A stretch of 60,759 bases of DNA from positions 155,103-215,861 of the forward strand of contig NC_068983.1 in assembly GCF_001194135.2 (NCBI RefSeq). The letters are read 5' to 3'. Shown here one piece after another: positions 25,310 to 38,861 of this stretch (its first letter is position 1; every line of letters begins with the position of its first letter). Source of the DNA: Octopus bimaculoides (taxonomy: Eukaryota). Below the pieces are notes generated by a model that was not told the DNA's origin, did not search any database, and was given only the letters and a program-made list of their open reading frames with translations. A program made the translations under genes and the position numbers.

Positions 25310-26425
25310 TATCATCTTCATCAATGTTTAACGTCCGTTTTCCATGCTGGTATGGGTTGGACAGGTCTGGAGAGCCAGCAGCTGCACCAGGCTTCAATCT
25401 GATCTGGTAGTGTTTCTACAGCTGGATGCCCTTCCTAACACCAACCACTTCGAGAGTGTACTGGGTGCTTTTTACATGCCACTGGCACAAGAACCAGTCT
25501 GGGGATACTGGTATCAACCACGTTGGGATGATGCCTTTTACATGCCACTGGAATAGGGGCTAGTCAGGGGGCACTGGCCACAGCTGAAACTTTGGTTTTA
25601 CTTGACTCAACAGGTCTTCTCAAGCATATCATATCGCCTGATGCATCAAGGGTGCTCTTAAATGGGCCAGACATGCAACATTGGCATTGGCCACAGCTGC
25701 GATCTCACTTTAGTTGCTGGGTCTTCTCAATCATAGCACATTTCCAAAGGTCTCAGTCTCATGTCATTGGCTCTGTGAGGCCCAATGTTCGATGGTCATG
25801 CTTCACTATCTCATCTCAAGTCTTCCTGGTTCTACCTTTTCTACAGGTTCCTTCCACAGGAAGTGGCACTTCCTCACACAGTTGTCCTCATCCATACGTA
25901 ACACGTGACCATACCAGTCCAACTTTTCTCTCAGGGCACTTACACCCTGTCGTGTGTGCACACTAACATTACACATCCAGCGGACCATACTAACTTCATT
26001 TCTTTCAAGACTATGCATGTCCTTAGCAGTCATGGCCCATGTTTCACTGCCATGTAGCATGGCAGTTTGCACACATGCATCATACAGTCTACCTTTCATC
26101 CTGAGCAAGAGGCCCTTAGCTGCCAGCAGAGGTAGGAGATCTCTGAACTTTGCCCAGGCTACTCTTGTTCTAGCCACTACACTCTCAGAGCAACCACCCT
26201 TACTACATCTTGGTCACCTAGGTAGTGGAAGCTATTAACTACTTCTAGTTTTTTTTCCCCTAGAATGTGATGGAATCTGTTTTCTGTACATCTTCAGTGT
26301 TTATTGCCCCTGTGCATCTGCCACACACAAAAACTATTCAGTGGCGCTTCTGCCAGGCACAAAACCAAACTGCATTTCATCTAGGCTATCTCCCTAATTA
26401 GTTGGGCTATGACCCTCTCTGTAAC
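25310..26425 (-). mobile_element. RTE LINE 3' portion
   Basis: ORF 25806-26177 VAWAKFRDLLPLL...MLHGSETWA...WYGHVLRM...; tail at 25310-25345. Confidence 0.9.
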
Positions 26426-26539
26426 TTTCATCACCTGATATATATATNNNNNNNNNNNNNNNNNNNNNNNNNNNNNNNNNNNNNNNNNNNNNNNNNNNNN
26501 NNNNNNNNNNNATATATTACAATTTAAAAAATTACAGGC

Positions 26540-27330
26540 GTCATATGAAAATGCTGGAGAGATTAAGAGATTTCACCATAAGTGTCTGATGTATCTTGAG
26601 AGTGAAGCAGGAAGGTTTCATATCAGATGCAGAAGTTTTGTGCATGGCATGCAGTGAATCAATTGAACAACAAGTCTCAAATGAGATGGTCTGGATGTGT
26701 TATTAGAATGAAAGACAAGCAACTGTCAGTGCATCTTTTTTACGGTGAGCTCAACACTCGTAAGCAATCACAAACATAAACCAGGGAAAAGGTATAAAAA
26801 CTGTAAAGAAAAACCTGAAGAAACTAGATGTGAACAAAAACTGATGCTCAGGATTGGAACAAGTGGAGAGGTGCCGTTAGGACTGGTTGCAATGCCTGGG
26901 AGGAAAAGATGATTCAGTACTCTGAACTTAAAAAGGCCCGTTGGAAAGGAACAATTGGAAGTGAAATCAATAGTGAATATTGGATATGGGCATTGTGTGT
27001 GTGTGTGTGTGTGATCTTGTTTGTGAAAAGCAGGATACATGAATCATATGAAGTTACATGAAAATCGAAATGCCCAGGCAGATAATAATCACCTAAACCG
27101 CCTCTTGCAACTTGTGTCAGGTGTCGCAAAACTTGTAAGATAATATCTGGACTTATAAAACATGCTAGTCCGCAAAACCATTCCTTCAAAATCAGATTCC
27201 AAAGGGCAAAGATGTAGAAGAAACTCTAATAATATGGGTCACTTGTGTTTTAAACCCTGTCAGTCAGCAACTGGTCTTAAAAAGTTATCTGAGGGCTCAC
27301 CAACAGAGGGACTGTGCTGTGTGTGTTGAT
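26540..27330 (+). mobile_element. Second, BovB-like RTE LINE C-terminus with C2H2-like zinc-finger remnants
   Basis: Frameshifted remnants of LERFH.KCL..IL, MRWSG.VIRM, LFYGEL, KRYK...K.NLKKL, W...VR.GC.AWEE, then C..C...H motifs. Distinct from the dominant RTE family. Confidence 0.65.
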
Positions 27331-27369
27331 GGAATGGCTATCATCTGTCAAGATGAAGCAATCATTATA

Positions 27370-28072
27370 TTGGGTTGGCAAGAAAGTCATTTCACAAATA
27401 GATTGCGTTATGATTTTTTTGAAAGACTTTTGTCAATGTTATGTTTTTTTTTCCTTTTGACAACCATTCCTTTTAGCTTACTTTAGAAGCAAATTGCAAG
27501 TAATTTTGTTTACAGCTGTTAGTTCAGTGTCAATTTTAATATGGAGTGCAAAAAGGAACATTTTCGCCATATTTTGCTTTTGGATTTCCGTAAAGGCAAG
27601 AAAGCAGCTGAGGCTCACAAAGAGATATGCAAAGTTTATGGGTGTTGATTGCTTAACAGAACACATACGTCAGAAATGGTATGAAAAATTCTGTTCTTGA
27701 GATTTTTCACTCAAAGATGACCAATGTTCTGGTTGACCTACTGAAGTGGATGATGACCGAACCAAAGCCATAATTGAAGCAGATTATCATATAACTGTGC
27801 AAGAGATTGCAGAGAGGTTAAATGTATCACACACAACAATTGAAAAATATTTTAAATGTTTTGGGCTAGTTAAGATGACCTGAAATTGCACTTTCTTCAG
27901 TTTTTGGCTGATAAGGACCAGAAGTTCCATGAGCACGAAATCATGAAGTTGCCAGAAAGATGGCAAAAGGTCATTGAACAAAATGGAAAAAATATAAGTG
28001 GTTAAAGTTCATTCTTTGTATGAATGACTTATTTCACACTAACAAACTGAAATTACTTTCTTGTCAACCCAA
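27370..28072 (+). mobile_element. Internally deleted mariner (703 bp) with both TIRs and TA target duplication
   Basis: Left ttgggttggcaagaaagtcattt matches the reverse complement of right aaattactttcttgtcaacccaa. The N-terminal HTH (MECKKEHFRHILLLDF) is joined almost directly to the C-terminus (KLPERWQKVIEQNG); the catalytic domain is missing. Confidence 0.9.
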
Positions 28073-28092
28073 TATATATATATGTATGTATG

Positions 28093-28183
<91 letters not shown>

Positions 28184-28789
28184 CACACATATATATATAA
28201 ACTCTTATTAAAGCAATTTCCTGAAATCTTTGTTTCAGTTAAGTGTTTCACTTTAACTAGAAACATTCAAATCATAACACTAATTGCATCACCAACCCCT
28301 GGAGGCAAGGAGATTCAGATGCAAGGTCAGAAGGAATAAATTGACTATTGTTTACAATGTAAGTGTGAGTGCTATTTATGTTAATTGATATGTCTTCGTT
28401 AGTGTCATGAATTAATAACTGCTATATGGAAACCTACAAATAATTCATCAGTTAAGCCTTATCACCAAATAACTGAAAACAAATTCTATTTCTGCAACTT
28501 TATTCCTGACAAAACTTTTCAAGCTCATCTCTTGCTAATATTAATAATTTCATTATATTTTCTTGTCAGCTGTTAGAAAAGTGCTCTCATATGGCTAAAA
28601 GTTGTTTTGACTCTTATTTCTAGCAATGCTGGTGTTTACTAGCACCTTTGGTCACTTTAGTGGCAATTGCACTTGTTGCCTATCAGTTCTAAATTGCAAA
28701 TAACCACCTTAATAATACATACACACACACACACACACACATTGTTACACTTGGGCACGGGCCATCTTTTGTAAATTAAACACACACAC

Positions 28790-29530
28790 ACACACACACC
28801 ATTTAACTGATCTTCACTTTAGATTTATTTGTCAAAGTTCTTCCATCACACATTCTGTGACCTCTTCAGCAACTTCCTTTTGTCTCCTCTTCACCTGCCT
28901 ACTACATTTTGTCTTTCTGTGCTATGTATCCCTATCTGCGCATGTGTTTACATCTATATTTGTGTGTGTGTGAGGGTGTGTTGTGTGGATGTATATGGGT
29001 TTTGTCTATTACACTGTTTGTATCCATGTCTTATTTATTTATTTTTTTCTTTATCATTCTGTCTTTAGTCATCAGGTTGCATGGTGTGGTGTAGTGGGGG
29101 TGTTATTACTCCATTCACAGTTTCTGTTGAGGCTCAGTCTATCTTCTACTATGTATGTGGCCTCCTCAATCTGAGTGCTGCGTCTATTCTATGCATTGAT
29201 AAGATCTTAACATCTATGTTGTCAACCGAGCTGCCATGTCCTAATTGAACATGTCCCGTAGAGCACTGACAAGCTTCTCTCCTCCTCCTGCTCCTGACAC
29301 TGTTCACTTACCTGCTCGCCTATGGTTATATGCTGTCACCAATGTATGTCGTCATCCTATTTCCCCCCCTCCCCCTCCATACACCTTACACTGTAGACTA
29401 CATTCTTAGTTTTACAGCTTACCCGAGGGTTTACTCTACACACGATACAATCCCAATCAATACAAGGGCTACTTTCAGATGACTATCTTCTACAGATCAG
29501 GAATTTTAACGACGTCATCCTACTACTCCT
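28790..29530 (-). mobile_element. Penelope-like element fragment (GIY-YIG end plus pseudo-LTR), same family as 35415-38520
   Basis: Minus strand aligns by eye with 37360-38400 (aaattcctgatctgtag..., gtaaaactaagaatgtagtctacag, tacattggtga) and carries ctgaagaggtcacagaatgtgtga. Confidence 0.8.
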
Positions 29531-32500
29531 CCCCTCTCTTTTGCATCCCTCTATTTTCCCCAGCTCATGGTTCTTTGTTCACCTACCCTTCAGTCTTATA
29601 CATTTTGGCAGTCTACTCCCATCCACTCCAATCTTGCAAATCGCACACCCACCNNNNNNNNNNNNNNNNNNNNNNNNNNNNNNNNNNNNNNNNNNNNNNN
29701 NNNNNNNNNNNNNNNNNNNNNNNNNNNNNNNNNNNNNNNNNNNNNNNNNNGCTTTTGCTCCATGGGACCGCCACCTGGCCACTTCATTACCATTATCTAT
29801 CTCTTGCAGCTCCTTAATTAACTATCTTTGCTCACTTTCCCTCTCCCCTTTTCCCCTACTAGATGCAAGTAATCAAGTAGACCCTCTACAACAACCTGTT
29901 CTGCACCCCACTTCCCACTTCTCATAGTAATCCTCCTTCCCCAACCAAGAAGCAGACCCACTACCACCATCATCATCATCCCTAGGGTTCGTAATCCTGC
30001 AAACTACATGACAACCTGAATAGTGCACGTGACATGATAAAAGCACTCAATCCACACTGTAAAGTGGTTGACATTAGGAAGGGTATCCAGCCATAGAAAC
30101 CATACCAAAGAGGACATTGGAGTACAATGCAATCCTTGGATACATCAGATCCTGTAAATGTCTTTGGGCATTACATGATGATGATGATGATGATGATGAT
30201 TATGACCTCAAACTCTAACTATGTCCCTTTCATTAGCTTCAAACAATTTAGCCCACAGTTAACCCTAACCCTTCAATTTCTCTCAAGGATACATCCTGAT
30301 CTTTAGAAATATCATCATCATCCCATAGATCAATCACTTCCAGACCGTTAACAATAACCTTCTCTATCACCTTCAATCAGTCTCCTTCCTTCATGACAAC
30401 CCACCTGTACAGCTTTCATAAAGCCACATCAACTGGAGACCAACTCTTCTGCGCCCCCCCCCCCACAACTGAGCTTCTTTTGTTAATTGTCTTGCATGCA
30501 GATCTCTTGTCAAAACTATCCACCTGTATCTTCCATCTGTGACTTGTCTCATGGTTTCCTCTCAGATCACACCACTGCAAAATGTGTGTGTGTGTGTGTG
30601 TGTGTGGATGGTGCTTTCTCTGGTCCATACCATCGACTCTGTAATAGCTTTTGGTTTAGTTTTCCAATCTCTTCCTCCACTACATCATCATTACCAACAA
30701 TGCTCACTCCTTGGCAAATGATTTAACTTCTTTCCTGTACCTGACCCTCATCCACAGGCAATCTAGACACCTCAATAATCTCATTAACACACAGCCTGTA
30801 CATATCCACCAGTGGGCTCAAGCCAGTTTTTCCTTCAACAAGAACGGATCACAGCTAGTATGCTGTTTATGTGACTCACGGCACAACTAAAATCCTGTAA
30901 ATGCTGGGCCTTAGTGTCACTGGGGATCACTCTGAACGAAAGCAAAGATTGCATCACACACACACACTGGTCTGACTCTTCACAGTCCAGTGACTCTCAA
31001 CAAACCTCAAATAAGACTTATGTAGAGTACAAGTTTCACACCTTAATGCAGAGAAGTTCAAAGATGGAATGATTAAATCTGGAGAGTTTGCCATATTAGA
31101 GTGGAGGGGGAGTACAGCTAGCTCTTCACATTTAATCATTCCGTCTTTGAACTTCTCTGCATTGAGATCCAAAATGTAAGATCTTTTCTACATGACAGAA
31201 ACTCATCTTATCCAATGTTGACTGCTTCCATTACAACCACATATTGTGATGAACTACATCTACCAGCATTGTAATGAATTTCCAAGTCGCCTAGAAACAG
31301 CTGGTCGACTTATAACACCTTTCTTCTACCCCTTTAATTTTCTGACATTTGCACTCTGTCTAAGTTGGATCTATTAATATAAATAACGAAATTCATCGTC
31401 TGAAAGTCTCCACCTTTTGCTTTCTCTCGCTTTAACCCATGCCAGCATGAAAAACGGACATTAAATGATGATGATGATGATGATACCCAAACTGCTATAT
31501 TTAATATATCTAATTTGTTTATCTGCATAAATGCCTCTACACACATACACAAACACACAGAAGAAATATTAAGCTAAACCCTCAAAAGTTAATCTAGTCA
31601 GATGATCTCTACCAAAATTATTATCTCATTATAGGATAAAAATCAGTGTTTCTAATTAAATACTGAAAGGATTCAATGTGTGACCTTAAAACTGCTGAAG
31701 GGGTAGACAGACCAGAAATATGTGTTACCTTATACTAGTGAGAAAGTGAGCAAAAGTTGGGAAAAGAAGCCTTAAGTAAGTTCTAGTGTCATCCTTGAAA
31801 AGCAGAAAATAAGAAAGAAGTGAGGTTATAGAATGTCAGATGAAATCAATATGCAATGGTGAGAGGAAGAGAGAAAGTTAATCCAGGAAGAGTTAAATAG
31901 TGTTTTGTTGGGTTACAATAGGAAAAAAAATAAAACACACAAACATACAAATTAAGTTGACATTTTTCTTCAATAGCGAGTTGGATAGATTGACAATGTT
32001 AACCCCATGACATCCGTTTTTTTATCAGGCAACCAGGTTACACTGACAGTAATCATCTAGGCCAAGATCAGCAATTAGTGCACGACAATGGTTCGGCATA
32101 TATTTATGGCAACAGCTTTAAGGCATCAACTGTTTTTATTTAGGTAAACTGTCATCACTACGAGAACCATAAATTCAACGAAACTGGCAAAGCCGGATGC
32201 GACTGTAAATTCTGTGAAGGGCCAGAAGAATTTGCTGAACTTGTACGAATTTGAAAGGAAGTCAGTGGAAATGGTGGTGTAACTGGCAAAACTGCTGCTT
32301 TTATGGTCTCAAACTGAATTGAAAATATTTACATGAAAGAGTCTAACACACCTATCAGATTCTTTGAAATGTGCATAGTGGCCTCTATTATTGATTCCAT
32401 GAGTGATAATTGAGCAGGAAGTAGAATTGAGAGACAGAAAAGGGAATCTTGCATCTGAGGGAAAACATGGATACCTCACGTGGAGAGAGGAGAGAGAGAG

Positions 32501-33274
32501 AGAGAGATGGTGAAGACGTGACAAGGAGAGGAAGGTAAGGACCATTCACTCAAGTTGCAGGAAGGTTTATATAGTGAAGTGGACTAGGGACTAGAGAGGG
32601 TGAGTGGGTGGGTAAGTTCACAAGATTGCAAAAGGAGAGTGGTAGCTGAAGGAGAAGATGTAATGAGAGGGCACAGGTAGAGGATATTAGGAAGATCTGC
32701 TGTAGGGAAGAGGTTCAAGGAGGACATATTGTATGCAGGTAGGTATAAGGGAGAGTGGCGAGGAATGCAGCAGGTGGTGAGCCTGGCTGCGGGGTGGAGG
32801 CTTCAACATAAAGGGCATGATTTTATGGCCCCCATTTTACTCGGCTGAGCAGCTCTTCTCAAATGCAACAAAATTAATCAATTGCCTTGGTCCTTTCGTG
32901 ATCTGTTGAGGCTCTATGAGGTTCAACACCTGAAGATCATTTCTCACCACTTAATCCCGTGTCCCCTTGAGTCTACCTCTTCCACAGGTTTCACCACATT
33001 TAGAAATCAACACTTATTCATGTAGCTATTTCATCCATGCACATCACATGATGTAACAGTGCAGTCTTCTCTCTTGAACACTACATCGAATGCCTCTTAC
33101 ACTCAATTTTTCTTTTAAAACAATTTACACTTTGTTGTACATGCACACTGATTTTGCACATTCAACAGTTAGCTAGATGCCCTTCCTAATGCCAACCACT
33201 TTAAACAGTGAACTAGGTGATGTATGTGTATATAAAAACTTGTGTGTGTGTGTATAGATAGATAGATATGTACA

Positions 33275-33307
<33 letters not shown>

Positions 33308-33369
33308 CATATACGCACACATTTCTACATACACATACATTACTTCTGCTGGTACTTTTAATCTCGGTA

Positions 33370-33630
33370 TGAACAGGAGCTCAAAGAAGAGAGAAGCTTA
33401 TTAGTACTCTACCAACATGCTCAAGTAGAACATAGAGGCTCAGTTAATAACATAGAGGTTAAGATATTATCAACATACAGAACAAACTCAACACTTGGAT
33501 TATGGAGGCCACACACATTAACAGACAGACCAAGCCTCAACAGAAAACACGAATGGAACAATGAAACCTACCACCACCACACCATATCACACATGATGTC
33601 TAAAGAAAAAAAGACACGGATGCAAGCTGT
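33370..33630 (+). mobile_element. Penelope-like GIY-YIG C-terminal fragment
   Basis: Nearly collinear with 37585-37830 (gagctcaaagaagag...gtactctaccaa...gaacatagaggctc). Confidence 0.75.
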
Positions 33631-33654
33631 ATAATACACACACATATTTCAACA

Positions 33655-35410
33655 TCATCATCATTACTTGGTGTCTGCTTTCCATGCTGGCATGGGTTGG
33701 ACAGTTTGACTGGAACTGGTAAGCTGGAGAGCTATACCAGGTTCCAATCTGATTTGACACAGTTTCTATGGCTGGACGCCCTTCCTAACACCACCACTCC
33801 AAGAGTGTGAGGGTTGCTTTTTACATGCCACTGGCACAGGTGCCAGTTACGTGACATCGGCCATGACTATGATCTCACTAAGCTTGACAAGTCTTCTCAA
33901 GCAAGGCGTATCGTCAAAAGTCTCCATCACTTATCATTGCCTCTGTGAGGTCCAACGTTCAAAGAGTGCTTTTCACGTGCTAGCGACACAAGTGCTTGTT
34001 ATGTGATACTGGCATCATCCACGACTACAGTTTCACATAGCTTGACGGGGCTTCTCAAGCATGGCCTATTGCCAAAGGTCTCAGTCACTTGGCATTGCTT
34101 CAGTGAGGCCCAACATTAAAAGATCATGTTTCACCACCTCGTCCCATGTCTTCCTGGATCTATCACTACCACAGGTTCCTTCCACAGTTAGAGATCGGCA
34201 CAGCTGTCCTCGTCCATATGCATCAAATGCCCTTACCAGTACAGTCGTCTCTCTTGCACATCACATCTGATGCCTCTTACACCCAGCTTTTCTTTTAAGA
34301 TGCTTACGCTCTGTCAAACATGTACACTGACATTGCACATCCAGCGAAGCATACTAGCTTCTTTTCATTGAAGCCTATGCATATCCTCGGTGGTCACAAC
34401 CCATGTTTCCCTGCTATGTAGCATGGCTGTTCGCACACAGGCATCATACAGTCTGCCTTTCACTCTGAGAGAGAAGCCCTTTGTTGCCAACAAAGGTAAG
34501 AGCTCTCTGAACTTAGCTTAGCCTATTCTTATTCTAGCAGCAATGTTCTCAGAGCATCCACCTCCACTACTGACTAGGTAACCGAGATAACAGAAGCTGT
34601 CAACTACTTCCAGCTTGTCCCCCTGGCATCTGATCGAGTCTATTTTCTGTACATTTTTAGTGTTTATTGTACTTGTGCACCTTTCACACACAAATAAGGT
34701 TTTCACTGTTAACCTTCTCCTAATATTGCTGCACCCCTTGTGTCCGTAGCTTACATCGAGTACATCTTATAGAGTTTCTACCTACACCTTTTCTACAGAT
34801 CATGCAGGGCCATCTACCTGAAGAATTTACTAAGACTTTGGTTTTTGCTAGATTAACTTTAAGACCCTTTGATTCTAGACCTTGCTTCTACACCTGAAAT
34901 TTCTTCTCTAGTTCTGATAGTGATTCAGCTATAAGAGCAAGGTCATCAGCTCAGAAGAGCTCCCAGGGGCAGCCCAACTTAAATTCCTCTGTTATTACCT
35001 GGAGGACGATGATGAACAAGAGGAAGCTAAGGACTGATCCTTGGTGAACTCCTACTTGTAACCTGAATTCTTCACTATACTCATTGCCAACCCTCACCTT
35101 ACTGACAGCATCCTTGTACATGACTTGTACAACTCTCACCAACCACTTGTCTATCCCTAGTTTACACATTGACCACCAGATAAGAGAGCAGGGGACCCTG
35201 TCAAAGGCTTTCTCCATGTCAACAAAAAGTACAGAGGTTCATTTCTGGTTAGGAACTTCTGCAGCTGCCTTATCAGAAAAGGTGCTTCTCCCTAGCACAA
35301 AACCAAACTGCATTTCATCTAGACTAACTCTCTTCCTAATTAGTTGGGCTGTGACACCCTCTGTAACTTTTATCGCCTGATCCAACAATTTGACACCTAC
35401 TTTCATCATC
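33655..35410 (-). mobile_element. RTE LINE, RT domain to 3' tail, decayed
   Basis: MEKAFDRVP...GVHQGSVLS.LLFIIVLQ...CPWEL, LEVVDSFCYLG...GGGCSE and the tail at 33655. Confidence 0.92.
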
Positions 35411-35414
35411 TGAG

Positions 35415-35779
35415 AGATAAGTAAACATATGAAGAAAAACAAATCTATAAAGGGTATGAATACAAACAATGTAGCAAGCAAACCCACACACACACACACA
35501 TACATACGTACACACAGGCACATGTGCACACACACAAACACACAGATGCAAACATATGCACAGATAGAGTCGCTGAAGAGGTTAGAAATGTGTGACAAAA
35601 GACTTCCAGATAATGGACATAAGATAAAATAAGAACAATAATAAATGACTGAAGAACGAATAAATAGTGTGCGTGTGTTTATTTGGCAAGTAAAAAAGAA
35701 AAATGACCATCCCGAAATATAACAATATCAGTTTCAACAAACAATTTCATATCAGGAATCTTGCAAAACAAATTCATTA

Positions 35780-35831
<52 letters not shown>

Positions 35832-35891
35832 ATGTATGTATNNNNNNNNNNNNNNNNNNNNNNNNNNNNNNNNNNNNNNNNNNNNNNNNNN

Positions 35892-35937
<46 letters not shown>

Positions 35938-38520
35938 GGTTATGTATATATGAGCCTGGTGTAGCCATATGGTTTCACCAGTCCTCAGTCAAATCGTCTA
36001 ACCCATGCTAGCATGGAAAGCGGACGTTAAACGATGACGATGATGATGTATGAGCTATGCAAGGAAGATAAGACAACCACCGACCCAATGACAGGACCAC
36101 CAACGAGACCGGCCTGCAGAGCCAATGTTGCCAACAACTACCGGATCTCTTACTTCCATGATCATACACCCTCTGATCAAAATGTCTCCAGATGTGACAG
36201 CAAGGAGGACTTCCTCAGCAGAATCACTGAGTGCAACCATGCCTACGACCTGACAGGATGCATAAGAGGCAGTATGGACGTGGTGTTCCTACACCCATCC
36301 ACTGATGTTGATTTTGCTGTGGAGAAATGGGTGGAGGTGATCAGCAAGAGCAACGTGGAGTTTCATGGTGCTGACACAGAAGAACTGGGCTTCCTCCTGA
36401 GATTGACGTGCGACAATGATTACTTAGATAAACATGACCAAGAAGACCCCTAATAAGAGATGGAACAGGTGGACCAGAGCTATATGGAACCCGTAAATGA
36501 TGATCAGGTTAAAAAGATGGTCACACACGTGGTGGGCGTGAGTACCAAGACCGCACTCAAGGGCCACATATTGAAGTTTGATAGCCAGAAATATGCCCGA
36601 GAGGAAGGTGCATCCATCACTGTCAGTAATGCTGGTGATGTGGCTAACCTATTTCTGGTATGATGGGATAGGAGACTTAAAGAGAAATTAGGAGACCCCC
36701 ACTATGAGGATGATATCAACATAGTAGCCAAGGCACCCCTAGAAGGCAATGTTAATGATCTAGAAGCTAACACTATGGAGAGCATCCAGCAAATAGCTAA
36801 CTCCATCCACCAGAGTATAGAAGCGAGAGACTATCCCAGCACACACCAAAACTAAAGATTAGAAACTAAGAACAGTAAGGTCTAGATTCTTCACTCCCAT
36901 TATGCCAAACCCATGGCTTTTAAATACTTTGTCCACAAGAACACAGCTATTGCGGACAATGCCAAGTTCAATATTCTTATAGCTGACTTGGTGAGAGTGA
37001 TGAGGAATGTGTCTCACATGTGCAACCCTATAGAATTGGAAAGACATATACAACATTTCATCCACCACATGCAGTTCTCTGGCTACAACTAAAGGGACAG
37101 GATTCGGGTATACAAAGAGCCAGAACGAAGTACAAAGCCATCATAGAGAGTGATGCTAAGGGGATCTGCTCGCTATACAGGAGTACATCCTAGAACAGCA
37201 CAAAAAGGACCAGAAATAAGATAGATAAAGCCAACTTACGGTATGACAACAAAAAATACCAGAGCATCATGTTCGATGATGCTACCCCTGGCAGCAAACT
37301 AGCATACCTTTTTATAAAAACATTAAGTAAGGCTAATCTACAGATTAAAGTAGTAGAAAAGCCTGGTGCCCCTATAAAATTCCTGATCTGTAGGACCTAT
37401 CCCTTCAATGAGCCCCCATGTACAGAGGACAATTGCATTATATGTAGGATGAACCCATGGGTTAACTGCAAGGTTAGGAATATAGTGTATAGTTTAAGAT
37501 GTACTGAGGGACAGTGCATAAACATGACAACTAGTTGCATTGGAGAGGCTGCATGTAGCATAGGGGAGCGTACAGGTGAACACTGGCAAGAGCTCAAAGA
37601 AGAGAAAGGCTCACCAGTGCTCTACCAATATAGTCAAGCAGAACATAGAGGCTTGGTTAATAGCATAGCGGTTAAGGTATTATTGACGCATAGAACTGAC
37701 AGATCACGTAGATCGCAGAGACTATACACACAGCAATAGACAGATCAAGACTCAATAGAAAACATGAATGGAACAATAACACCTACCACCACACCACACA
37801 ACATGACAACTAAAGACAGAAGGGAGAAAAGAGAGGGAAAAATAAATAAAATAAAACAGATACAAACAGGGTAATACACACACAATAGACATATATGTAC
37901 ACACCTGTGATAAATATAAGAAATAGAGATCAATACAAAATAAATAAATAAAAAATCTATATAAAGGGCACGAATACAAACAACACAAGAAGTGAACCCA
38001 TGTACACACACACACAATAACTTTACAGACAGCCACAACAATATTAAGAATATGAATGACAACAGCAACAGCAGTGACAACGATGGCAATAACAACCAGC
38101 ACGGTGGCAGCAGTGCAGGCAAGCACACAAACACAGAGAGATACAGGAACTGTATCAAATTTCGGGTCCTAAGACAGCAGCAGCAACAATGGAGGGAGGG
38201 GATAAGGTTGAGGGGAAGGTTGTAGAGCTATTAAGAACAATGACACACACACACACACACACACACACATAAACACAGATGCAAACGCATGCGCATATAA
38301 GGATACACATAGAAGAACAATGGAATAAGTGGAGCAAGAGCACACACAAAGATGGAAAGTGTCACTGAAGAGGTCACAGATGTGTGAGAAAACATTTCCG
38401 GACAATGAACATCAGTTAGAATAAGAAGAGTAATAAACGAGTGAAGAACGAACATACAGTGTGCATGTTTATTTGGCAAAAAAAAAAAGAAATGACTATC
38501 AATATATATATCTATGACTT
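35415..38520 (+). mobile_element. Near full-length decayed Penelope-like element: partial pseudo-LTR (35415-35730), RT plus GIY-YIG pseudogene (~36050-37740), pseudo-LTR (~37760-38520)
   Basis: RT motif A-like MDVVFLHPSTDVDFAVEK, motif B-like GASITVSNAGDVANLF, motif C YEDDINI, thumb FKYFVHKN...MQFSGY, and C..C...CKVRNIVYSLRC...CIGEAACSIGERTGEH (GIY-YIG). Direct repeats flank both sides. Interrupted by a microsatellite and RTE tail at 35780-36048. Confidence 0.88.
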
Positions 38521-38814
38521 CTCTCTTAAGTCTCCCTTTGATAGTGGTCATCCAGGTGAGTTTTTCTTCTACATTACATCCAAACGTGATTGACAACAGG
38601 GTTGCCTGACTGACTCCCATGCCAGTGGCACATAAAAAGCACCCACTACACTCTCAGAGTGGTTGGCATTAGGAAGGGCATCCAGCTGTAGAAACTTTGC
38701 CAGATGAGATTAGAGCCTGGTGCAGCCTTCTGGCTTGCCAGCCCTCAGTCAAACTGTTCAACCCATGCCAGCATGGAAAACAGACGTTAAACGATGATGA
38801 TGATGATGATGATG

Positions 38815-38845
<31 letters not shown>

Positions 38846-38861
38846 GTTCTAAATACAAATG

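Noticed and set aside
31990-32420. Coding-like, moderately GC-rich stretch possibly from an old LINE
   Set aside because: No diagnostic motif could be identified with confidence in any frame.
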